Shown one piece after another: positions 37,727 to 45,287 of a DNA stretch of 46,514 nucleotides. Source of the DNA: Pseudomonadota bacterium (GTDB taxonomy: Bacteria > Desulfobacterota > Anaeroferrophillalia > Anaeroferrophillales > Tharpellaceae); assembly GCA_015486505.1 (NCBI GenBank), contig WFRP01000068.1, forward strand, positions 1-46,514, given 5' to 3'. The position numbers were made by a program, and so were the translations under genes. How positions within the stretch are numbered: the first letter of the stretch is position 1; the number at the start of each line of letters is the position of its first letter. The notes beneath the pieces were generated by a model. The model saw nothing but the letters and a program-made list of their open reading frames with translations, was not told the origin of the DNA and made no database searches.

Positions 37727-38844
37727 TTGACCACCTTGACCGCCTGCTTTTCAGAGAGCCGCAAAAGCGCGCTTTCCTGAGCGACAATCAGCCGGTTTTC
37801 GGTACTCAACGGAGCCCTGACCACCAGCCAGTCGCCATCATTGGCAAGCACAGTCGCCGGAACAATCCGCACCCGGTTGGCGGCGGTCACCGTAAAGAGA
37901 TAACTCTGCCCGACATTTTCAAGCAGGGCCCGGGCCGGAATCCGCCAACCCTTAAAATTACCCATACGCAACGCGACCCGGACGGCGGCCCCGGTCGGCA
38001 GCGCAAAAGGCGGTTGGGGAATATCTATTTCAACACTGGCCAGAGTGCCCTGCCCCACGGCCGGATGGATGCGGCTGATGACAGCCGACAGCGGGGGTGC
38101 GGCATCGGTATCGGGTCCGGCGGAAAATTTATCCGGGATTATCGTCACCGGATCTCCGGGGTTAAGATTGACAAAATCCGCCTGCGGAATATTCACCAGA
38201 ATATAGTAACCGGCATCAATCTCTTCGATGCCGAGCAGGGTTTTTCCGGGGACGGCCAGATCGCCGGGATCGATGAGACGCTCAGTAATAACCCCGGCCG
38301 CCGGCGCTTTTATAACCGTATAGGAGAGATCAACCAGGGCGATATTCAAGGATTTCCCGAGCGCGGTCACCCGGGCCCGGGCATTGTCATAAGCGGCCCG
38401 GGATTTATCGAAGGCTTCCTGGCTGATGGCCCGGGCCTTGAACAGTTTCTGATCCCGGGAGAAGATCGCCTTCTGCGTGGTCAGCTGAGTTTTCGCGGCC
38501 GCAAGATCAGCCCGAATTGCGGCAACCCGATCCTGTTCCGGGCGGTCATCAAGCTGCAGCAGAATATCTCCTTTACCAACCCGGGTTCCGGGGCGGCCGG
38601 AGACCGTCAGGATATGACTGGTAATCCGGGCCGCCAGCAAAATTCGCCGTTTGGCGACCACTTCGCCGAGAAAGGTTTTGCTGACCGGGAAATCGCCTTT
38701 TACCGCGGTCACGGTTTTAACCGCCGGCAGCCTGAGTGTCGGCGGAGGGATTTTGCTGATTGCCGCTTTTTTATGTTTAATCAGGCGAATGCCGGCAACC
38801 ACCAAAAGGAGAATAATAACGACGGGAATTAACTTTTTAATCAT
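37723..38844 (-). CDS. RND periplasmic adaptor (membrane fusion protein, HlyD family)
   Basis: N-terminal anchor MIKKLIPVVIILLLVVAG, then a lipoyl / coiled-coil / beta-barrel layout. ATG 38844 overlaps the TolC stop by 8 nt. ATGA overlap with the RND gene. Confidence 0.85.
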   Translation of the reverse strand: MIKKLIPVVIILLLVVAGIRLIKHKKAAISKIPPPTLRLPAVKTVTAVKGDFPVSKTFLGEVVAKRRILLAARITSHILTVSGRPGTRVGKGDILLQLDDRPEQDRVAAIRADLAAAKTQLTTQKAIFSRDQKLFKARAISQEAFDKSRAAYDNARARVTALGKSLNIALVDLSYTVIKAPAAGVITERLIDPGDLAVPGKTLLGIEEIDAGYYILVNIPQADFVNLNPGDPVTIIPDKFSAGPDTDAAPPLSAVISRIHPAVGQGTLASVEIDIPQPPFALPTGAAVRVALRMGNFKGWRIPARALLENVGQSYLFTVTAANRVRIVPATVLANDGDWLVVRAPLSTENRLIVAQESALLRLSEKQAVKVVK

Positions 38845-40168
38845 AATCGGGGCCTTCTTCAATTGTGCCGCTCGCCAGTCGATAATCAACCAGGGCTTTT
38901 TCCAGTTCATAAACGGCTTCAGCTTTTAAGGCTGTCGCCTCAAACCAGGCCGCCTGCGCCAGTAGACTGTCGGTTATGGTCCCGGCTCCGGTTTTATATT
39001 TAAGTTCTTCAATACGATAGGTTTCCCGGGCGCTGATAATGGTTTTTTCGGCCATCCCGATGCGTTTTCCGGCCTCATCAATCCGGGAGCGGGCCTGCAC
39101 GATCTCATTCATTGCCGACAATTTCTGCTGCTCGAAACGGGCCTGAGCCGCGGCGAACCGGGCTTCGGCCTGACTGACCTTAGCTTTTATCCGGCCCCCG
39201 GCATAGAGATTAAATTTAAGATTAATACCCGCGCTCCAGACTTCTTCGTTGTCATTTAAACCGCTGCCGGCCCGTTGACCATAATCTCCGACCAGAGCGA
39301 TTTCCGGCAGATGGTAGCCCCGCTGCTTTTTGATCTCCACAACCGCAAGTTTTACCTCTTCCTGAGCTTTCCTGATATCGGGACGCTTCAGGACGATATT
39401 TTCAAGAGCCGTTTTGTCCGGCACCGGCAGGTTCGGGATTTTTGTCGTCAGCCGACCGGTCGGTTCCCGAAGTTGGGCCGGGTTCTCACCCAGCAGCAAT
39501 GCCAGTCCCTGCCGGGCCCGAAGCGCGGCCTGACGGGTATGGATAAGATCCTGCTCCTGACGGGCCACCTGGGTCTCCATCTTCATTAATTCAACCGGCG
39601 CCACCCGGCCCAGTTCAAGTCGCTTTTTCGTATCGGCCTGAGCTTTTTTAAGCGCGTCAAGCGCTTTCAGCTGGGCTTTTGCCAGAGTCTTGAAAGAGAG
39701 CACCTGCTTGAAGGTATTGGTAACGTTGGCAATAGTTTCCTGGCGCGAGAAATCAAGCTGCTCTTCGGCAATCAGACGGCTCAGATCCGAAGCCGTAACC
39801 TCATACCAGCGCCGACCGCCTTCGTAGAGCGGCAGATTCAGTCGTAAACCACTCTGATAATGATTCCGGGTAAATGCCGGCGGCTCTCCACCGAACTCCG
39901 TCATCGGAATCACCAGCATCGGATTTGCGGTTCTCAAGTAACCGCCATAAGCATCGAGCCGGGGCAGAAGCTCACCGCGACTGACCTTTTGCCCGGCTTT
40001 AGCCCCCTTAACCTCCTGGTCGCGGGCTTTAAGAGATTGGTTTTTCCGCAGCGCAATCCCGATAGCCGAATCAAGCGTCAGCTGATTTTTTTCAAAACAA
40101 AATCCGGGCCCGGAGAACACAACCAACAGTATCACCCAAACCGGAATTGACAAACGTAATCTTGGCAT
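38837..40168 (-). CDS. TolC-family outer membrane efflux protein
   Basis: 443 aa with a signal peptide and the two-repeat OEP architecture. First gene of the tolC-mfp-rnd operon. Confidence 0.85.
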   Translation of the reverse strand: MPRLRLSIPVWVILLVVFSGPGFCFEKNQLTLDSAIGIALRKNQSLKARDQEVKGAKAGQKVSRGELLPRLDAYGGYLRTANPMLVIPMTEFGGEPPAFTRNHYQSGLRLNLPLYEGGRRWYEVTASDLSRLIAEEQLDFSRQETIANVTNTFKQVLSFKTLAKAQLKALDALKKAQADTKKRLELGRVAPVELMKMETQVARQEQDLIHTRQAALRARQGLALLLGENPAQLREPTGRLTTKIPNLPVPDKTALENIVLKRPDIRKAQEEVKLAVVEIKKQRGYHLPEIALVGDYGQRAGSGLNDNEEVWSAGINLKFNLYAGGRIKAKVSQAEARFAAAQARFEQQKLSAMNEIVQARSRIDEAGKRIGMAEKTIISARETYRIEELKYKTGAGTITDSLLAQAAWFEATALKAEAVYELEKALVDYRLASGTIEEGPDYD

Positions 40169-40416
40169 TTTCCCCTCACAAAACTTGCGGATCTATAATT
40201 GTCATTTGGCTTAATATGCAAACATCCAGAAAATGTCAAGGAGTATTTTTTGTAAAACCAGAAAAAGACGGCCACGATTAACAATAAATAAGGCGCATCA
40301 TAAAGGCGCTGAAATATTTTTTTCAGGGATTTAATTTTTCTCGAAAAAAGGCAACCGAGTCTGCCCCAATCGCCCCACTGTTTCACGCCGCCGCTAATAA
40401 TAATACCAATTACTAT

Positions 40417-40445
40417 TTGACATCTCATCACCCTTAAACTATTGT
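40417..40445 (+). promoter_or_regulatory. Candidate sigma70 promoter (TTGACA - 17 nt - TATTGT)
   Basis: Consensus -35 hexamer at 40417-40422 and a -10-like hexamer at 40440-45, about 200 nt upstream of the 40646 gene. Sequence match only. Confidence 0.25.
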
Positions 40446-40645
40446 GATTAATGTGCAGATTATACCCGCCGTTAAATGATATTGAGTATTGGTCATAAGT
40501 ACCATAACAACCACTGATTATCAACTTATCAGGTCAAAAAGATCTGTTAATATAAATGTTCGGCGGTGAAATGTAAAAAAGAGTGTTGATTAATGTAGTT
40601 GAAAGTTAATTTAAGTATCTTTAATCTTAAAGGAGGGTGTTTGAA

Positions 40646-41614
40646 ATGAAAAAAATTACTATTTGTTTGTTTTTAATATTTGCAGTGAGTACGGCAAGTG
40701 CTTTTGATTTAAGTAAAAGTTTCAAAAAGGTTAGCGATACCCTAGGAAAATCAACGCACAAAAAGCATGAACAAACAGAACCAAGCATAGACTCTTCACA
40801 CACAAAAAAAGAGCCAACACCGACACCGACACAACAAAAAAAGAAAAAAACCACCATGAAAGAAAGTAAAATAGGGGTAAATATTGAAAAAGCATGTTTA
40901 GGGGGAGTTTGCTTGGGTGACTCTATTGTCGATTTACAAAAGATTACTTGGATTGCTAGCCATAAAATGGAATTGAAGAATAGGGACAAGCTCAAACTGC
41001 CCTCTACCGGAATAGGAATATTTGAATCTTGCAAAGTGTATATGAATGAATATGGCTATTCAAAGTCAGAAGAAGAATTTATAAAAAAATATATTTTAGG
41101 ACTTACAGAAGAAGAAAGGATATTGTTAACTCCTTACTACAAAGCTCATTTTTTCGACAACAAGGTGTTAGGTATTTTAAATAAAGTTATTGCGTGTAAA
41201 GGAAAAAAAATGTGTGGATTTGTGCAAACAAAGTCTGGGAATCTTGATAAAATTTCCGTTATGCCATCACCTACAACTGGTAAATATGAAGTTGTAAGTA
41301 TAGAGCGTCAATTTACAAAAATGGATAAAACTGAAAAAGGTAAAATATTTAAAGCTCTACAGTCGAAATACCCATCAATAATGTCAAGAACTGACGCTCG
41401 TAGAGTAGCTTACGGTAAAAAAGAATGGGATGAGTCTATGGCAATTATATCATGGGATCAATCCTATGGCCGATTAATTTTATCAAAAGTATTAAAATAT
41501 GGCAATGGTCAAATAAATCAAGCAGTTGACTTGCATGGTGACTTCAACGATAAAGCTCTTTTGAAAATTCCTTGTTGTGACGAAGCGCTCACTCCAACAT
41601 TGGACATAGATTGA
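40646..41614 (+). CDS. Secreted hypothetical protein with a Lys/Thr/Pro-rich linker
   Basis: AGGAGGG RBS lies 8 nt before ATG 40646. Signal peptide MKKITICLFLIFAVSTASA. Low-complexity KKEPTPTPTQQKKKKTT. No family recognised. Confidence 0.6.
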   Translation: MKKITICLFLIFAVSTASAFDLSKSFKKVSDTLGKSTHKKHEQTEPSIDSSHTKKEPTPTPTQQKKKKTTMKESKIGVNIEKACLGGVCLGDSIVDLQKITWIASHKMELKNRDKLKLPSTGIGIFESCKVYMNEYGYSKSEEEFIKKYILGLTEEERILLTPYYKAHFFDNKVLGILNKVIACKGKKMCGFVQTKSGNLDKISVMPSPTTGKYEVVSIERQFTKMDKTEKGKIFKALQSKYPSIMSRTDARRVAYGKKEWDESMAIISWDQSYGRLILSKVLKYGNGQINQAVDLHGDFNDKALLKIPCCDEALTPTLDID

Positions 41615-41865
41615 GTTACTAAGTGTTGAATTATGGTTTATTTAACGAAATACCGCTTATTTTACCATGAAATATTTCAGCGGTGAAACTCCAAGAAAAT
41701 TAAAATAAACCGCAGTATAAAAGACAACAATTCGGACGCCCTTATGCCTTAAAAAACCCCGGGGTTTGGGGCGGAGCCCCAATAAATCATAGATAAGTTT
41801 TAGATTGTAGAACAACGTTAAATATTGTCCATATAATCAGATAACTTTCCGCAATTTAAAGAGAG

Positions 41866-41949
41866 ATCCAACAGGGTAAACTTGACCGGGAATAGCCGCC
41901 CGTTTTTTGTTCGAGCATTGCTGTCCGCAAGTTACCCTTGGCGTTATGT
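41866..41949 (+). repeat. attC-like structured repeat, copy 1
   Basis: ATCCAAC-a-GGGTAAACTTG...CAAGTTACCC-ttggc-GTTATGT. The outer boxes approximate RYYYAAC / GTTRRRY. The inner stem has one extrahelical A. About 85% identical to copy 2. Confidence 0.5.
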
Positions 41950-41995
41950 GAAGTGGCTCTAAACACTCCAAAAACATCAAGAAAAGGAGTTTGTC

Positions 41996-42181
41996 ATGCA
42001 AAAAGCAAAAAAAATTATTTATGAAAGAATTACAAAACAAAAATCAAAATTTGCTAATGTTGTTTTGCAAAATGTTACAGTTCAACAGATTGGAGGGAAC
42101 ACCGAAGCAGCCGTAGCTAAATATCTGCAGAAAAAATTTCCAGGTGATCAAATAACTGTTAAGCAAATTGATTGGGCATAA
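41996..42181 (+). CDS. Hypothetical 61-aa basic protein
   Basis: AAGGAG RBS lies 6 nt before the ATG. No recognisable motif. Confidence 0.55.
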   Translation: MQKAKKIIYERITKQKSKFANVVLQNVTVQQIGGNTEAAVAKYLQKKFPGDQITVKQIDWA

Positions 42182-42273
42182 GTCTGATAAACACCATCAA
42201 AACGTACTTGCCCTTTCAAAATCAGTACACTGAGAGTCAGCAAGAAAACTGAAATCAAAGAGGTCTGTTAAAG

Positions 42274-42816
42274 ATGCCCAGCATTAAAAAAGTTAAAGAA
42301 GCTTTCGGGTTACTCTACGAAAGCATAAGAGAGCCAAGTTTTTCGAAATCCCATGAGTTTAGTTGGTGGAATGAAAAGTCACTTTTACCTAATGTGCGTT
42401 TCTTTCTCTTAGGCTATTTTGGTGACGACCTTGAACCCGAGCTAAAAACAGAGTTAATCTCGGCACCATCAGGAGAAGGATATTTAGACTTTGCTGTAGG
42501 TGATACTGCCATAGAGTTTGCAGTTCGCTTACCGAATGAAACAGCCTCAAAACTTACAAGCTATTCAAACAGAACGGAAAGAACAAAATTAATTCGGCGC
42601 AAAGTTAAAAATGATTGGGCGACACACGGTGTGTTGGTATTGTTTGATTTTTCAGATTCTCCTCTAACTAACGAACAACTTGAAGACTACAGAGAAAAAC
42701 CAAGTCTTGGAAAAGGAAACCATCATATTAATGAATTTTCTGTTCTGTACTATAATTACACATTATCAGACAGCCTGTACTGCATAAGAAAAAACGTAAA
42801 TTTAGCTAACACTTGA
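42274..42816 (+). CDS. Hypothetical 180-aa protein, possibly a PD-(D/E)xK-like core
   Basis: ORF with an AAGAGG upstream. The segment GYLDFAVGDTAIEFAVRL loosely resembles a D...E-x-K nuclease core, but the Lys position is not canonical. Weak assignment. Confidence 0.5.
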   Translation: MPSIKKVKEAFGLLYESIREPSFSKSHEFSWWNEKSLLPNVRFFLLGYFGDDLEPELKTELISAPSGEGYLDFAVGDTAIEFAVRLPNETASKLTSYSNRTERTKLIRRKVKNDWATHGVLVLFDFSDSPLTNEQLEDYREKPSLGKGNHHINEFSVLYYNYTLSDSLYCIRKNVNLANT

Positions 42817-42875
42817 CCGAAGGTTAAAATCGGGGGCAGACCACGGTTTTTTAATAACTCAATTGGCAAGAAATC

Positions 42876-42963
42876 GCCGAACAATCGGGTAAACTTGATC
42901 AGGAATAACCTCCTGTTTTTTATTTGAGCATTGCGGCCCGGCAAGTTACCCTTGGCGTTCGGT
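42876..42963 (+). repeat. attC-like structured repeat, copy 2
   Basis: GCCGAAC-aatc-GGGTAAACTTG...CAAGTTACCC-ttggc-GTTCGGT. The outer boxes are 6/7 complementary plus a G-U pair. The internal hairpin CAGG...CCTG covaries with CGGG...CCCG in copy 1. Confidence 0.55.
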
Positions 42964-43249
42964 TTCAAGATATAAAATATGAAAGTAGATTCAAGGCGAA
43001 ACATCTCAGCGGCCCAGGTAGTCCCCGTAAAATAGATATAAGGAATTTAAATGACAAAATATGACGACAACCAATGTCTACAAATAATGAAAATATATAG
43101 ATACAATTGAAGAGCATATCCCTCAAAAATCAGCAGAACCTTTAGCTTGAAAAAGATGGCAAGTGCAATGGTAAACTGCAAGAAATACTAGACAATCTAT
43201 AACACTCAGTCAAACACAACTAACACCATTCTCTTGCAGCAAAATCTCC

Positions 43250-43277
43250 TTGACAAATATGCACAGATCACTATATT
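43250..43277 (+). promoter_or_regulatory. Candidate vapBC promoter with an overlapping operator palindrome
   Basis: TTGACA (43250-55) - 16 nt - TATATT (43272-77). The inverted repeat ATATGCA ... TGCATAT straddles the -10. GAGGAG RBS lies before ATG 43308. Confidence 0.45.
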
Positions 43278-43307
43278 TATGCATATACTTAAAATGAGGA
43301 GATTAGA

Positions 43308-43514
43308 ATGAGAACCACATTAGACCTTCCAGAAAATTTAGTTTTAGAGGCAATGAAAAGCACCAACATAAAAACAAAGACAAAAGTAATTATCACAGCC
43401 CTCGAACAACTTATAAAGAAATCAAAAATTTCAGAGATAAAAAATTATAAAGGCAAAGTAGATCTAAACATCGACTTAGATGAAATTAGAGGTCGAAATG
43501 TCAATTATAATTGA
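43308..43514 (+). CDS. vapB: Type II antitoxin, VapB family
   Basis: 68 aa. The MRTTLDLPENLVLEAMK...TKTKVIITALEQLI N-terminus is typical of VapB antitoxins. It overlaps the PIN gene by 17 nt. Confidence 0.8.
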   Translation: MRTTLDLPENLVLEAMKSTNIKTKTKVIITALEQLIKKSKISEIKNYKGKVDLNIDLDEIRGRNVNYN

Positions 43515-43875
43515 TTCATCAGTTTGGATTGAATATTTTAGAAACGGCAACAACTATGAAAAGGTCGATTTCTTGATTGAAGAAAATTTAGTTGTTACAA
43601 ACGACCTGATACTTACAGAATTAACACCTTTCTTAAAGCTAAAAAGACAACATAAACTCATTAAATTGTTGAGCAATATTAATAACGCCACTATGCAAAT
43701 AGTATGGGAACAACTAATTGACCTACAATATAAATGCATTAAAAATGGACTTAATGGAGTCAGTATCCCAGATTTAATTATTGCCCAAAATGCCATTCAA
43801 CATAATTGCAAAATATATTCGCTAGATAAACATTTCACTAAAATGTCCACAGTGCTTAATTTGGATATTTTTTAA
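43498..43875 (+). CDS. vapC: Type II toxin, PIN-domain ribonuclease VapC
   Basis: Acidic PIN residues in the expected order (IIDSSVW, LTEL, IPDLIIAQ, SLDKHF). The start is taken as ATG 43498 (MSIIID). Confidence 0.85.
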   Translation: MSIIIDSSVWIEYFRNGNNYEKVDFLIEENLVVTNDLILTELTPFLKLKRQHKLIKLLSNINNATMQIVWEQLIDLQYKCIKNGLNGVSIPDLIIAQNAIQHNCKIYSLDKHFTKMSTVLNLDIF

Positions 43876-43911
43876 AATCTAGCCCAAAACACTATAATTG
43901 CCTGAAATAAC

Positions 43912-44050
43912 CTAATGCGGGAACAATTCCCACAACCCAAACAGGGCTTTGTGGCCCGCACCCAGGGGCACTTCCGATGGTCGCAAATAAGTACTCTTAT
44001 CAGAACATTTTCTTGTTTTTTCAAACCGAAAATAACCTGTAAGGTACTAA
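43912..44050 (-). repeat. A-B-C copy of the mosaic repeat, reverse orientation
   Basis: The reverse complement reads TTAGTACCTTACAGGTTATTTTCGGTTTGAAAAAACAAGAAAATGTTCTGATAAGAGTACTTATTTGCG...GGGTTGTGGGAATTGTTCCCGCATTAG. Confidence 0.9.
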
Positions 44051-44126
44051 AAATTGGTTGTTTTACTGATTCAAGACCACTTTATTTATCAGCGCCGTAT
44101 AAAAACAATTAATTCAGGAGAAAATA

Positions 44127-45284
44127 ATGGAGAAGTTGCAACCTCCAGAGCCCAGGAAGCTCTTAAAACTACAGCAATTGTGCGAATATTCAGACCCATA
44201 TGTGCATAATGATGAACTTGATGAATTGTTTACAGGCGCGTATAAAGAGATAATAATCTGGCATAGAGAGCACAATATCTTCTTCAATAATTTACTCGCA
44301 AAAGAAGGCTTTGAAATTGCGGATCTCAGAACGATTGATGATTTACATAACTTCCCTTTTATCCATGCGAATTTCTTTAAAATACATGAAACATTATCAG
44401 TAAAAAGAGATACCATAAGTGAACATTTGACATCGTCTGGAACCACCGGTCAGAAGTCACAAATGTTTTTTGATAAATGGTCGATTCTGAGCGCCAGAAG
44501 AATGGTGCAGTTTGAATATGAAAAAAACGGGTTTTACACTCCCGATAGAGAAGTGAATTTTCTTTTGTTTGCTTATGAGCCTTTAGAGAACTTCAAGGTC
44601 GGGACAAGCAACACAAATATTTTTCTTACATCTTTTGCTCGGCAGAAAGAGCTGTTTTTTGCCCTGAGAGCAATCGGCGGGGGCCATGAATTTGATAAAT
44701 TCGGAACCGTTAACAAGCTGCAGGAATATGAAAAGGATGGGTTGCCGGTAAGAATCCACGGGTTTCCATCCTTCATGTATTTTACATTGAAACTGATGCG
44801 GGAGAGAGGGATCGCCTTAAAACTTAACCCTGAATCGTTGGTTATGTTTGGCGGTGGCTGGAAGGGCTATGCCGACCAACAAATCCCCAAAGATGAATTG
44901 TATCGACTGATCAACCAAACACTGGGGATACCGCTTGCGAGAATCCGTGACAGCTTTGGCGCGGTTGAACACTCAATCCCATATGTGGAATGCTCACACC
45001 ACCATCTGCATATTCCGGTATGGTCGCGGCTGTTTATCCGTGATGTAAAAACTTTCGCAGTACTTGGATATGACCAACCCGGTTTCCTGCAATTTGTTAC
45101 ACCCTACATTACTTCGGTGCCGGCCATAAGTGTCATGATGGGCGATTTGGGAATATTGCATCGCGCAGGCTGTGAATGCGGCGCTCAAACACCATATTTT
45201 GAAATACTTGGGCGTGCGGGAGCGTCTAAAAATAGAAGCTGTGCAATATCTGCGGCTGAACTTTTAAAGAAAAGAGCGGTGTAG
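44127..45284 (+). CDS. LuxE-family acyl-protein synthetase (adenylate-forming)
   Basis: 385 aa with an AMP-forming motif TSSGTTGQKS and the LuxE-family layout. A Cys lies near the C-terminus (NRSCAISAAELLKKRAV), as at the LuxE acylation site. Confidence 0.75.
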   Translation: MEKLQPPEPRKLLKLQQLCEYSDPYVHNDELDELFTGAYKEIIIWHREHNIFFNNLLAKEGFEIADLRTIDDLHNFPFIHANFFKIHETLSVKRDTISEHLTSSGTTGQKSQMFFDKWSILSARRMVQFEYEKNGFYTPDREVNFLLFAYEPLENFKVGTSNTNIFLTSFARQKELFFALRAIGGGHEFDKFGTVNKLQEYEKDGLPVRIHGFPSFMYFTLKLMRERGIALKLNPESLVMFGGGWKGYADQQIPKDELYRLINQTLGIPLARIRDSFGAVEHSIPYVECSHHHLHIPVWSRLFIRDVKTFAVLGYDQPGFLQFVTPYITSVPAISVMMGDLGILHRAGCECGAQTPYFEILGRAGASKNRSCAISAAELLKKRAV

Positions 45285-45287
45285 AGC

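Noticed and set aside
34674-38929. Numerous 70-270-aa ORFs antisense to the RND, MFP and TolC genes (for example 38014..38832 +, 37155..37559 +)
   Set aside because: They are antisense shadows of long, well-supported genes in GC-rich coding DNA. Their translations are Gly/Arg/Pro-rich with no motifs.
40132-40524. 130-aa minus-strand ORF upstream of tolC, and the 135-aa ORF 40627..41034 (-)
   Set aside because: They lie in AT-rich intergenic DNA or antisense to a gene with a strong RBS and signal peptide. They have no RBS and an atypical composition.
41633-41712. 80-bp imperfect hairpin (GGTTTATTT...ACCGCT...AGCGGT...AAATAAACC) downstream of the 325-aa gene, considered as a third attC site
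   Set aside because: It has an RYYYAAC-like box (ATTTAAC) but no GTTRRRY-like partner at the 3' side and no similarity to the other two repeats. It is more simply a terminator-like hairpin. The same applies to the GGGGCGGAGCCCC hairpin near 41770-41790.
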